A stretch of DNA of 64,000 nucleotides. Source: Selaginella moellendorffii. Lineage: Eukaryota; Plantae; Lycopodiophyta. The notes under the pieces are model-generated. The model was not told the origin of the DNA. It did no database searches and was given only the letters and a program-made list of their open reading frames with translations. Positions 47,579-60,579 of the stretch are shown in pieces (the stretch's first letter is position 1; each line of letters opens with the position of its first letter). A program made the translations under genes and the position numbers. The stretch is from contig NW_003314321.1 of assembly GCF_000143415.4 (NCBI RefSeq), positions 317,167 to 381,166 of the forward strand, given 5' to 3'.

Positions 47579-49519
47579 TCAGCTCCAGTATGGTGTTGAT
47601 TCTTCGGGACTTTCAAGCGAAGATCCCGTGAGCTGCAAAGCACTCTCGAAGAAGCCACTCCACTGCGTGGGAGGTTCCACAAGCGGAGGAGCAAACTGGT
47701 TGATGATGTCCCTGAGCGTGATGACTCCCACGATGCAAAGCTTGTCATCCACCACGAAACTCCTATCGCTCCTGGCATGGACAAGCTTCTCCATGGTCTG
47801 TTTGAGCGTGTCCCCGGCCTTAGACTTGACAGGATCCAGCATTCTTGGAAGAGCTATGGTCCCCAGGCTCAGTGTTCCCGCACATATCGATGCGCCGATC
47901 TCTTCTTGCAAAGGTACATCGTTGCTGAGCACGTCACTCTGGTTCCATTCTGCTTCCACCTCCATGTACTTCTCCACCGTGAGCGTTCTAGACAAACAAC
48001 GAAGTAGAAACGTTGAATAGTAGTTTTCCATACCTTCTTTGATGAAAGAGCTCGGGTTTTTCGATCATGAGCAGCACATCCGTGCCTCGAACATTTCCAA
48101 TGAGACGCCTGCTCTCTCTCTCCACAACAGGGACGCTACTTATCCTGAACTTCCACATTGTTGTCATTGCGTCTAGAATCACGTCGTCGTGATTAACGCA
48201 GACAACCTCTGATGCTCCAAGTCCTAGTTGTGCTCTGTCAGAAAAACAAGAGCCTGGTTTAGAAAAAACTTGAATAAATGTTCCTGTTGAGCATACCTCA
48301 ACTTTCTGACAGTTTCATTTACATTGCTCAAGCAACCCAGTCGACTGAACGCATATATTGATTTACGCACGCAAGAAGGCAGCACCAGGCAACATGGGAT
48401 GCAAAAGAGAAAGAAAAATCGACTACATACCGTAGCTCCGTGAGAGGCTTATTCGCAATAGTATCAAACCAAGTGAGTCCACTACATTGAAGAAGCAGCT
48501 GTACTGCAGCGTTCTGGAAAGAAAAGAAAAGAATAGTGCCGACTCAAAAGACATTGTTCTCAATTACCTGGGTGACGAAGCCTCTTACTAATCGATCTTG
48601 ACTATCGATCACCGGGACAGCTTTAAGCCTGTGTCTAGACAGTAGCAGCAATACGTGCAAGAGTGTATCATCGTGCTTAACCGGTAGAAATGGTCCCCAG
48701 CGAAACGACTGTGCTAGAGTTCCCAACTACACACAGGCACAAATAAGTTTTTATCGGTTCATTAACAAAATCGAGATTACCTGGAAATTTATACCTTTGC
48801 AGATTTGACAGCATCGAGCTGTTGAATCAAGTCAAGAAATCCGGACTGCACAAATTTTGCTCCCATTCCGCCTTCATCCTTTTCACTGTATTCCTTGTCC
48901 TTGGCCTGTGACGCAGTTTTGGTTCGTTGAGTGATCACTAATCCTGCCACCTCTGCTTGTCTCTCCTCGACCTCTAGCTCCTGAGAAAAAAGGAAGTCAT
49001 AAGTTGGCCAAAAGGAACAAAAAGAGAAGAAGTGACAAACCTGAAGAGCCCAAAGCACCATCCCTGAAAAATCCACGAGTCCAATGTATTTATCAGCCAG
49101 TGGTGAATTTACTGGCAATCGATCGTCTCGCACAGGTGCGCCTAAAAGCTTGTTTTTGTACAGGCATGTGATCGCCGAAACCATCGTGTCACTGGCTTCA
49201 AGCTCCACCACTGTAGCCACGAACCAAAAAGAAGAAAAAGAAACAAACAGGGACCAAGAAAAAAATAAAAATGTAAGAGACCGTTCTAGGCATGCGACAA
49301 ACACAAACATGAAACCATACCTCTATCGTTATCAATCCCTGGGATGGAGAACAAAGGGACCCGATCAAAGAAAACCTTGAGAGCTTCAGTAGGCTCCAAG
49401 CTGCTGTTCTCGGTATCTGTTCTCGATCCCGCTTCAATGGAGTGGATTACCGCCTCCTTCTTGTTCTCCAGGCTAGAATCGCCGTCTGCGACGAGCTCCT
49501 CGAGCGTCTTGATGTCCAT
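47579..49519 (-). CDS. CBS-domain SNF1-related kinase regulatory subunit gamma-like protein (KINgamma-like)
   Basis: FFDRVPLFSIPGI, GAPVRD...YIGLVDF, SFRWGPFLPV...LLLLSRHRL, and GVITLRDII..FAPP. Confidence 0.88.
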
Positions 49520-49770
49520 GGCTCGAAATCGGTCGAAATGCTGCCGCAATCTGGAGGATCGCCAGGCAATCGCGTGAGTGATCCATCTAGCAACAAGAAA
49601 CTTACTCGCTTAGATCCTTGGATCGCTCATCCAGCGCCTAAAGACCCGCAGCAATTGCCCCAAGTGACATGTGGACAAAGTCGCCCTAGATTATATTCCG
49701 AAATAACGGCTACGAGATGGACGGACAGGATCGAAGCACGGGGGATAAGATTTAGGGTTCTAGCTGAGCG

Positions 49771-51469
49771 ATGCTCGCTGCTGAGGCGTTCGCGAGCGAT
49801 GGATGGCGATTTCCTCACAGGGAGTGTGGATTTCCGCGCAGCAGGCGGAGGATTTACTGCGTCGCGGTGAGGGCCGCCGTGAGGGAGGAGGATGATCAAG
49901 AGAAGCCGCAGGAGAAGACGATATTTGTTTTGTCCGAGAAGCCCAATCGAAGAGCTGCGGTGGAGGAGGTCGTGAAGCGGGCTAATCGCGAGAGTCTTGC
50001 GGATGAGATTATCCACCAGGAGGAGGATGGGGAGAATGTCGCGCACGACGGCATGAAAGTCGCGGCCGATCATCGCAGTGGTAATTCTTTCTTGGATTTC
50101 TTGCTCTCTTTCGTGGCTGATTGCTCCAAATTCCAAGCAGGATATGTTGCGCTCATAGGAAAACCGAATGTGGGAAAGAGCACCCTTCTCAATGGTATCA
50201 TTGGACAAAAGCTTTCCATTGTCACAGCAAAGCCGCAAACAACACGCCATCGAATTCTGGGAATTTGCTCTGGTCCCAACTATCAAGTGAGTCTCTTGTT
50301 CTTTCTTTTTTTTCTCGTGCGTGTGTTCTTGGCTGCTATATCGACTGATGGTTTTTTGGTTTGTGCTCTCCTCTCAGATGATACTGTATGATACGCCTGG
50401 AGTGATCACAAAACAAATGCACAAGCTCGACGAATTGATGATGAAAAGTGTGCGAAGCGCCACTATCAATTCCGATTGCCTCCTCCTGATCGCGGATATT
50501 TGCCATCCTCCTGAGCAAGTAAGTTACAGTCTGTTCTTACAAAAACATGACTCCTCTCCTGCTCGCTCTCTCAGGTTCTTGGGACTCTGGATGAAGGTGC
50601 TGTCAATCTCATAAAATCCAAGCCAACGCTCCTGGTGCTCAACAAGAAAGACAAAGTGAAGCAAAGCGAGATACAAAAGAAGCAAGAGGTACCGTTTGTT
50701 TGAATATGTCTGTGTGTTGAATTCTTGCAGTGTTTGTTCTGATAGCAGGCTTGTGAATGTTAGTGGTATGAGAAGAACAGCGGGATGGACGAGGTCATAC
50801 CAGTGAGCGCCAAGTTTGGGCTTGGAATCGAAGAAGTGAAGCAGTGGCTGGTTTCCAAGCTTCCACTCGGCCCCGCATACTATCCACGGGTAAGGCTGGA
50901 CTACTTCAGCGATTAGAGTAAGACTTCTATGCAGGATATTGTGAGCGAGCATCAAGAACGATTCTTTGTCTCGGAGATCTTCCGCGAGAAGATCTTTCAA
51001 CTATATCGGGAGGAGATCCCATACTGTTCTCAGGTGATTTCGAATAAGTTTATTGCTTGCATCAAACTTCTCTTCTGTCTACCAGGTCAATGTAGTGCGC
51101 TACGTCGAAAGGGAAGCACCCGCAAAGGACTTTATAGAGATCGAGATTTTAGTCGAGAAAGAGTCGCAGAAGGCAATTTTGCTGGGGAAGGTATGTGAAG
51201 AAAGAAAAATCCAGTCTGATCTCATTGAGTTCTTAAAGAATTTCAGGAAGGAAAGGCTTTAAAAACTCTGGCTACTGCTGCTCGTCTGGACATCGAGGAT
51301 TTTGTTGATAGGAAATGCTACTTGGAGGTATTTGAGTTCATGTATTCCTTAATCTCTTATGACTTTGTCTTAGCAGATCAAAGTTAAAGTGAAGGAAGAT
51401 TGGAGAAAGAACGAGGAGCTTTTGGAGCATTTTGGTTACTCTGGAAAAATTGCTAGTGCTTCATTATAA
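49771..51469 (+). CDS. ERA: Era-family GTPase (probably organellar), multi-exon
   Basis: [48 protein letters not shown], and a KH-domain C-terminus. Confidence 0.95.
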
Positions 51470-52639
51470 TCCTGGTTTAAGTTGAGTATATCCATTTAGA
51501 GTTTCATTTTCTTTATTATGTTTATTATTATTAGTATTAGCCCGAAACTAAATCCAATCTGATAAAAACTAAAGTCAAGAGAGGCAATATTGGATCCACA
51601 AGTAAGCAGTGTAATGCATTCTTACTTGTTCTTGCTTGACACTACTTATGCATAATTTTTGAAGGATTGCCACTTTATAAACTTGCCACCTTATTTGCCT
51701 AGCATGACACATGGGGTGGAGATGGTTTATCAAGTTTGATTTCGTATAATAGACGAAGTTTTGATTTGTCAACCATTTATTTGCATTTCAGACAAAGTTT
51801 GTTATAATAAAGTTGTGACCATTCTGAAGTGATGTATTGTATGCCAAAGTGGGGCAACATTCTCTTGGCAAAATGCAATGTCTAAATTAATTCATTAGAC
51901 AGCTCTCTGATTGTGATGCATGTAGATGTCATTTTTGGTTTGGTCAGAAAATTATGAGCAGGCATTTATAAACCCATGACTAGTCCAATTTTAGTCTGAT
52001 TATGCTTGTACTTTTGATCTTGCTAGTGACATTGGTCTTAACAGTGTTTTAATGCAAGAGAATATGAGTGTGCTTGCTAAACATCATCCAACTGCATACA
52101 TTGGTTATACATTTTAGCCAATAAAGATAAATTACTCCATAGCATAGAAGGATTAAGTGCTAATTGAGGGGAGAATTTGGTTGGCTTTATTATTTGTTAG
52201 GCTATGAAATTTCAAATTTACAAGTTTGAAATACTTCATAGTAATGCTGCCATCTTCCCTCTCTTTTCCTTATGTTCTTGAGAAGTGAATTGTGATAGCA
52301 TCAGTGAATTTTCTAGATGTTGTGCTTAAACATTGTCCAGATGATACCTTAAAAATACTTTTGAGCATGATGATAGATTGGTGTGTTTCTTTCCATATGA
52401 AAGGGCTTCCTTCTTGACATCTAAATGGTCATAAAAACAATCCTCACCAAGTAAAAAAAGTTGTCTTTTAAGGTGATATTAAGAATATATAAATATCAAA
52501 ATAATAATTCATCAGAAAATTATGTAAAATTCTCAAATCTATGAAGCGTTTAAAAATACAACTTAACCTTTTAAGCCTCAAGATAATTTAGCTTTTCACC
52601 TCACTGAAGATTTTTTTTTTATAAATATAAAAAAATTTC

Positions 52640-53784
52640 CTTCTCATCGCAGTGTTCGTCAAAGATCCTGCGAGCTTCGGCTAGTCTCCCAGATCTCCCG
52701 AAAGAATTGACGAGAGAGGTGCGGACAAACCCGTGCGAGATAAATCCAGCCTCCATCACGAGCTCGTTCCAAAGCCCAAGAGAACTCTTCGCTAGCAGGA
52801 GCCTTGAGTAGTAACTTCGTTTGGCTGGAATCCCTCTAGTTGCATTCTTCTGTAGAGGCCACCTTGGTCGAGACTCCCGAGAAAACTCTCCGTGCTCCGT
52901 CCAAATCCCCGCACCGGCTATAAAAGTTAATCAGTGCTGCAGCTACGAAGCTGTTCGAGTCGAGTCCACAGCCCTGTAAACCCACACGGATCTCCCGTCC
53001 CTTTGACAAATCTCTCGAGCTCGAGCAAGCTTCCAAAATGGTGACGAAACTCCGCCGATTTGGAGCCGTCCCTTCCAGCAGCATTGTCCGGAAGATTTGG
53101 AAAGTGTCACTGGAACCATCCTGTTCTTGAGAGAAGGCCGAGAGAATACCGTTCCAAGTCGCTAAGTCGCGGTAAACGAGCCTATCAAACACTCTCTTGG
53201 CGAGCTCTGGACTTCCATACCTCGGGTACATCCCAACCAGTGCATTCCGGACCACAGCATTCTCGCGATCCTCCTGTGGATCCCAATCCCCAGCTCCAGA
53301 TCCCTTGGAGCCTGACAGAGATTTAAGATCGTGACGAGCGTGAAGTGGTCGGGCTTGACTCCATCTCTTTGCACTGGAAGTAGAAAATCATGGCTCATTC
53401 TTCATCACCCTGCTCGATGAATCCGGCGATCATTCTAGTCCAAGCTATCACTCCCTGCGAAGGAAGACGAGAAAAGACGTCCCTGGCGTCTTCCAGCGCG
53501 CCACATTTCAAGTACGTGTCGAGGAGCTTACCCGCGAAGAAAAAATCTCCATCGTCAAGCCTGCCATCGTCATCGCTGGAAGAGATCAGTCGATGGAGCC
53601 TCTGGACCTGCGGCAGCGCCTTGAAATGCCTGATCCTCTCGCGATCTGGCGATGATTCCGCCGCCTCCAGAAGCGCTTCTAGGTTTCTGGCCCTCGAGGA
53701 GCGCACGACACCGGCAATGCAGCAGAAACCTAGGCCTAAGGATCTCTTCCGGCCATGCACATGCCGCCCGACACTCCATAGCAT
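52640..53784 (-). pseudogene. Frameshifted, truncated PLS-class pentatricopeptide repeat gene
   Basis: YLKCGALEDARDVF, VIAWTRMI, VKPDHFTLVTIL, NALVGMY..GSPELAKRVFD and YSRCGDLDGARRVF are distributed over three reading frames. Confidence 0.85.
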
Positions 53785-53999
53785 AAACCCTAGCTAGCCG
53801 TAAGCCCTAGTTTTGAAAGTGGCGGGAATTCGAAATCTAAAATATCGACCTTTCTATCCCGCCAATTTTCCTGGTTTAGGGTTCTGCTCTTCGGCTTTGG
53901 CGACGATTGGGGCGATGTCGGGAACCTCCGGACGAGGAGTCCTACTGCAAGCGGCGGCTCTCGGATGGGCGCCTGATGCTGGATGTCGTCGGTAATATC

Positions 54000-54914
54000 A
54001 TTCTCCTTGCTCGAATCTCATCTTCTTTTGGGCGATCCGCAGCTTAGGCGTTGGGAATTGGTGTCTCGAATTTCCAGGAGGGAGGACTGCCAGCTCGATT
54101 GGATCTCGGCAGAACCCATACCCTCTCATGCCTCAGATCCAGTGGCTCGTGAGAGATGCTCTTGGGAATCAATCTCTAGGTAAGTTGGTTATTTTATCTC
54201 TCCCATTTCTACTTGGTTTTTCACTCAGCCAAGATCACCAGCCTTTGCCTAACGAGGAATCGGGTCTCTACAACAACAGATACGCATTCTTCCGCGAGAA
54301 CAAGACGGAACGCACTGTAATCCCCCACGTCGTGGAGAACATCACAGCGACTGTTCTGGTAACTTTTCCTCTAGACTGATGTGTTTTAACCTCACCAATA
54401 CTTTTCCTCGTGTAGTTCCTTTCAGAGCGGCCAACTTCATGGTCTTCAATCTTCCACCTCTGGGATGCTCGCCCGAGTTCCTGACCAGGTTCGCCAGGCC
54501 ATGGGCTGCCTACAGTTCTTCACAACGAGCTTCTCAGAGTCACCATAGACGTGCTGCGAGCCAGCTTTGGGGACTCCGTCCGGAGGCTTATCTACGTCGC
54601 CATGGCCGCAATGGTAACCGGCATGCTATACGATCCTCTCCTCTAATTACGAATCGTTCTTGCTTTGCTTCCAAGGTTTCAGAACGGACCAGAAGCTTGC
54701 TGCGGGACTGGAAACAACTATGATCCGCGAGTTCCCTGTGGAACGCAGGGAGTGGTCAGTGGCCTGTTCTAGGCCAAAGCACTACGTGAGCTGGGGCGGC
54801 ATCCATACCACCGAGGCTTTCAGCAAGGCCGCAATCCACTCGGTCCTTTCATCGAGCCTCAAACGCAGCTTGGGTGCCGCTTCAACTTTAGCGAGTTTTG
54901 AAGCGTTTTTGTAG
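54000..54914 (+). pseudogene. Degenerate GDSL/SGNH esterase-lipase
   Basis: NFMVFNLPPLGCSP, ACCGTG and CSRPKHYVSWGGIHTTEA (block V DxxH with the Asp lost). Frames are disrupted. Confidence 0.75.
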
Positions 54915-55045
54915 AGTTTGCGCTGTTTGTGAATAAAGATAATTTCCATGACAAGAACTTGTAGCTTCTACAATCACTGCACACTCTAATCAAATCCACA
55001 CTTCACACACTAATCTAATGTTTCTTCTTCGCCATCTTTCAATAG

Positions 55046-55263
55046 GGATATGTTGCGGCCTTGCTTCTCTTCTCTCTGTGTAATCCTTTCTGTTGAGATA
55101 TATGTTGTGGCCTTGCTTCTATAGTCTCTATGTAGTCCTTTCGGTAGACATACATGTTGAGGCCTTGCTTCTCGCTTTTCTGTGTAGTCCTTTTGGCAGA
55201 TATGTCTGATCCATTGCAAATTCCTTGCTTCTCGTTTTTGTGTGTAGTCCTTTCCTTGGAGAT
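55046..55263. repeat. Tandem repeat of about 51 bp (about 4 diverged copies)
   Basis: Recurring ATGTTG.GGCCTTGCTTCT...TGTGTAGTCCTTT. Confidence 0.8.
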
Positions 55264-55334
55264 CTCCTTTCTTAGAGATGTGTTGTTGTGTAGTTCATTC
55301 TAGAGAGAGTCTTCTTCATAACCTTGTTGCACTC

Positions 55335-56944
55335 TCAATAATGATCGGAAGCCACAGCAGCATTGTAGATGAATACTTCGTCCCTGTTCCTCTCGCGGCG
55401 GCGGAGGCACGACCGCACAACCAGGAGCAGCAGGACAAGAATAACCAACACGAGCCCCACGAGAGGAATCCACACGACCGCTGCCACTCCTGCAACCGCT
55501 GGAGCCGAGTTCCCGCCATGAGGAGGAGGAGGAAGAGCAGGGCTGATGGAGCCACTGCTGTGGCTGCCGGTAGCTGGAACGTAACCAGGCTGCCACTCTA
55601 TGGTTGGATCCCAATCCCAATCCCACGTCCACGGATTCCCTCCGCTGCTAGTTCCATCACCATTTGCGGGATGCTCGCTGGTTTGATGAGCAGGAGGTGT
55701 CTCCGAACCAGCACTCCACGGTGTAGGAGGTGGTTTGCTCCTGAAATACCAAAAACTTTTAGCAGGTGGCAAACAATGAAAAACCCATAGTACCTGAAAG
55801 GTGGCGAGCGAGCTGAAGGCGTCCTCCCGCCTGAAGGTGAGCCGCGATGTGGAGGAGCCGTGCCATGAGTTGCAGGGCGGCTGTGTGGGGGAGATTGAGG
55901 TGGCGGCCCCTTCTCCCTATGGCGACCATGATCCCTTGCTGGAGGAGGAGGAGGCGGTGCTGCTGGATGATCCCTTGCTGGAGGAGGAGGAGCCCTGTGC
56001 TCTCGACTGTGAGATGGTGGAGGATGAGGCGCCACTGCCCGAGGAGGAGCGTTGCTTGGTGAAGCTCGCCTCGGTGGAGAATGACCCGGTGGTGGTGTAT
56101 TAGCACGGGGAGCATGATGCCGTGGTTTGCTCCTGGAACATCCAACGTTAACAGGAGCCATAGAGCAATGAAAGCCATACCGTGATCGCCTCCGGTGATG
56201 AGGTCCAGAGCCACGATGTGGAGGAACATGTCCCTGCTCCCGAGGAGGAGCTGCTGGGCCGTGATGAGCTTGTGGCGGCATCCCCTTGTGGCGTCCTGGA
56301 GCATTGTTGCTGCTTGCTTGAGGAGGAGGAGCCTTGCTCTCAGATGGTGGTGCTAGCGGACGATGAGACACTGGCCGAGGAGGAGGAGGAGCCTTGCTCT
56401 CAGATGGTGGTGCTAGCGGACGATGAGACACTGGCCGAGGAGGAGGAGGAGCCTTGCTCTCAGATGGTGGTGCTAGCGGACGATGAGACACTGGCCCAGG
56501 AGGAGGAGGAGCCTTGCTCTCAGATGGTGGTGCTAGCGGACGATGAGACACTGGCCGAGGAGGAGGAGGAGCCTTGCTCTCAGATGGTGGTGCTAGCCGA
56601 TGATGAGACACTCCCCGCGGAGGAGGAGGAGGAGTCTCTTGACCGTGAGCAGGTGGCAGTGGTGGCGACACTGCCCGAGGAGGATGAGGAGCCGCTTGTG
56701 GTGGCGACACGGCCCGAGGAGGATGAGGAGCCGCTCGAGAAGATCGTGGCGAGCTCGGTGGTGCCAGTGCAGATCCTGCTACTCGTGGTGACCGAGGAGA
56801 AACTGCTCGTGGAGGAGTTGCTTGCCCTGCTTGCCGAGGAGGAGGTGGCACTGCACCAGGACCTGCTCGTCGTAGCGCTCGTGGTGACAGTGGCAGCGTC
56901 TTTACAGCTCCAGCAGGCCTCCAAGGAGGAAGAACTCTTGCCAT
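55335..56944 (-). CDS. Proline/His/Arg-rich cell-surface protein with a single C-terminal TM helix and short cytosolic tail; further 5' exons probably extend to about 57570
   Basis: 448-aa Pro-rich ORF is spliced (intron about 55742-55792) to the frame encoding VAGVAAVVWIPLVGLVLVILVLLLLVV-RSCLRRRER. The 5' end is unresolved. Confidence 0.7.
56320..56633. repeat. 60-bp coding tandem repeat, about 5 nearly identical copies (PPPPRPVSHRPLAPPSESKA)
   Basis: Lines starting 56341, 56401, 56461 and 56521 are identical or differ at one base. Confidence 0.97.
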
Positions 56945-57629
56945 CGTTGATCACACAAAAAAACAAACGCAAACTTACTTGCTCTCGCTTACTCGCAGGA
57001 CTAGGGCTTACTTTACTCGCACGACAAGAACCCCTAAAAATGGTATCTTTTAAGAATCTATTTTAATTTTCATCTGTTAAATGCGAGTAATCCCTGGCAA
57101 TCACTTCCAGTGCATTGAACATTCCTTACTCCATATCCAAAGAATTCTGCCCAGCAGTGCCAGGAAAGTGTTTCACTGGGCGCGACTTCTTGACAATACT
57201 TCTATGGAGATCCAGTCCTATGCTTGGTTCTATCAAAGAACTATAGCTTTTCTACCAAAATTATTTAAATTTGCACTCTCCACATCTCACTCACAAGAGG
57301 TTTTTACAATGGTAGTTTCGTCTCAACTCCTGCAGAATGGAAAGAATGAAAAAGAAGTCCGATCACCATATCTGGATAAGACAATCATTCTGAGACATGT
57401 AGAAGAACTTCTCTCACCACACCATGCTTCTCATCTTGAGGCATGAGACTGGCAGTGATAGAAATAGCCAGAGTGGATCCAGCTTCCACCTAGTGAGGTT
57501 GTAAAGTTGGTGACACATTGGAGGAAGAGAGTGGCCAGAAGTGGGGGGTGTGGACAATAGCTGCTGCATTATAAGCTAGATACAATTGAGTTCTCGGGGA
57601 GCTGGAGGATTGATTGGTCATCAACATCA

Positions 57630-58865
57630 ATCATTTAAGAAGATTAAAATTCTTATAAACAAATGTCAAAGAGATATTAGAAAATAGTGTTATCCAAAAA
57701 TCTTAGAGTTTTTAGGCATGTGAACTTTATTTTGTGATGAATCTTGGAGAGTATTTGGTTTTAAATCAATTATCACCCATTAAATATTGTGACCATCTTA
57801 GATATATTTTCTGGATTGTTTGAGGATAAGTCATTATTTCACTAAGTTTGATTTTGTTTTTGGGTATTGACAAATGTCATGGCCAAAAATGTTTATAATA
57901 CTATTTTTTTTACATTATTTGGTTTGTATAAGTTTTTGATGATGCTATTAGGTTTGAATAATGTTGTAGCAAATTTTCAATAAATGATGGATGAAGTTCC
58001 TTGCAATATGCCAAAAGTGATTATTAACATTATTGATGATATCTTTATCCACTCAAAGAAGAAATGGGAGAAGTAAATCTATAATGTTCATAAGGCATTT
58101 GATTAGTTGCAGGAAGTTGGTTTGAAAGTGAAATGGTCAAAATGCATATTTGGATATAAGGATATGACTTATTTAGATATTACATTTCTTGCAAGGGTTT
58201 GTAAATTAATTTTATCAAACTTGTGGTTATATTGAAATTCCTATTTTGAAATATGTAGTGCTTTCTTGACAAAGTGTAATATCTTGGTCTTTTTATTAAT
58301 CATTATTGTAAGCATTATTAAAGTCATTAACATCATTTTTTATTTGGTTTAAGAAGTGCAAACAAACATTTATAGAACTCAAAGAAGTGTTAACAAATCC
58401 TTTAGTTTTAGCATATCTTGATTATACTTAACATTTCATCTTATGCAACAATGCTTATTATATTGGTCTCAGAGATGTGTTGATGCAAGAAATCATAAAT
58501 GTGCTTGATCAATGTTATCCTATTATGTACATTATCTTTATATTACAATTAGTAGAGGTGGACTACTCTATGACAAAGGACTGTCTAATAGCAATTTAGA
58601 ATTTTGAAAATTTTTATACATACTTACATAGTTCTTGGATATGGCAATCATATTATACTCATTTCATTATTGAAGTGGAATAATTAAATTGCTTAATGGG
58701 TTTATATTTAATATATATGACTTTGAGGTTGTTCATCACCCAAGGAGTTTTATAGCTAATGATAACAATTTTTCTCAAGCTCCTCTCCCTTCTTTCTTCT
58801 TATATTTTTAATAAAATTATTGTTTTAATATCAATGAATTTTTTAGACAAAGATTTTGTGCTATT
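57630..58865 (+). mobile_element. Highly decayed RT-RNase H relic of the same gypsy family
   Basis: Collinear with about 24870-26180 (e.g. GGCATGTGAAC, ATTGATGATATCTTTATCCACTC, GTGTTGATGCAAGA, GTTGTTCATCACCCA) but strongly AT-shifted. Confidence 0.85.
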
Positions 58866-59337
58866 ATTGAAAGGGAAGCCCTCACCATAGAACACACCAG
58901 TCTCTCATCACTCAAGTGCTGCTTATGTATGAACCTCCTAAAACGCTAACAATGGGGTATATACCCCCTCTCCCAGAATATCCCTCACATCCGTTAAATA
59001 TTCTAATAGTGGAATATTTTAGGGAATCTCACTCAAAACTACACATATCCCAATAGATGACCACAGGGGATTGCACCAAACTTTATTATGTGTGAAAAAC
59101 TTATGATTGCTGCAATTTGATGTGCTGTGTTGGCACCACTACAAGAAGAAAATCCAAAGAAAAAAGAAAGAAAGAAGCAATCATCCTCAATAGAGTTTGT
59201 TGATTGGGTTTGTGTCCATAAGGTGAAAAGATAAATTACTCTTTTGGATGAGGTTTATGAGACTTAAAAGGGTTATGTTGTATTTTCAAACATTTCATAG
59301 ATTTGAGAATTTTACATAATTTGATGATGAATTATTG

Positions 59338-59519
<182 letters not shown>

Positions 59520-60579
59520 AAGTCATGAGGATTGCCTTTATAGGAACAATGAAAATGCGAAACATTGATGCATTCATAATAATAATAACAAACCTAGAGG
59601 ATCACCAAAATGAAATGGATTGTCCATTGGGTGATAAGGAGCTTGGTTGTCATTAAGAATTGTACAAGTTGTAAAAACTCCAATGAAAAGTTTATAATAT
59701 AGCAAATGATATATATCTCAGTTCATAAATTAATTAATATTTTCGCAGATGGTACAATTTTTAGTTATTTTATTCTATAAATTATGTATGATAGAAAACA
59801 AAATCTACTTCTCCTGATAAAATACAATACAACAATAAATTTGTATAATAAGAATGAATGATAGCTCACATAGTGATGGAGAACAATATTTGTTAATTGT
59901 ATATATTTAATATCCACTTAGAACCATATTACCATCAGTTTTGAAGCCTTAATCTGGAGCCATATTGTCTATCATTACCAGTATTACTATTCCAATATAA
60001 ATATCATTATGCCAGGCTCCATAATGGCAAAAATAGTCCTCTCCAGAAATATAATGCAACAATCATATAATTCTTGAGGGATTTTTTCTATAATCTTAGT
60101 CTTGTTTATAAGGTTTTCTATTGACATCTTAGGTATTTTATACTCTAGAAAATATTGGCACTAAAGCATCATAACCTTAAAATTTGGTATAAATTAGTTT
60201 TTATATCTTCTCTACTAGCACCACTATTTCTATTAAATTGACATCCTTCATCATTAATAGGGTTGAGAAGCCATGTAACTACAAGCACTCAGAATGACAC
60301 AATATCGTTAAAATATGCAAATGCTTTTCCATATGCATAACTATATTTTTCATTAATAGAGTCCATCACCAGATCTAATGTAGACAAGATAACATCCTGT
60401 GGACCACCATTTGCAGTCCCAACATTCTCAAGGTTATCAACGCAAACAAATAAAGAAAAAAAACATAGCTGAGAAGCGAATGCAAGACGACCTCATAGAT
60501 AGAGAACGATCATTAGTAGATATTTTTTCTAAAAAAGAAAAATCTGTAAAAAAAAAACAAGAGGAAAGAAAGATCATCC

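Noticed and set aside
51575-52420. Possible decayed Cys-rich coding sequence after Era
   Set aside because: Multiple stops and no family I can recognise by eye; needs BLASTX.
56320-56633. Regular 60-bp repeat resembling a CRISPR array
   Set aside because: No unique spacers, it is an in-frame coding repeat, and the context is eukaryotic with no cas genes.
56182-57066. 294-aa acidic repetitive ORF on the plus strand
   Set aside because: Antisense shadow of the CCT-rich proline repeat ORF; the splice signals and TM domain support the minus strand.
59880-60440. AT-rich stretch with faint coding-like texture
   Set aside because: No ORF or motif I can support; probably an old TE or gene relic.
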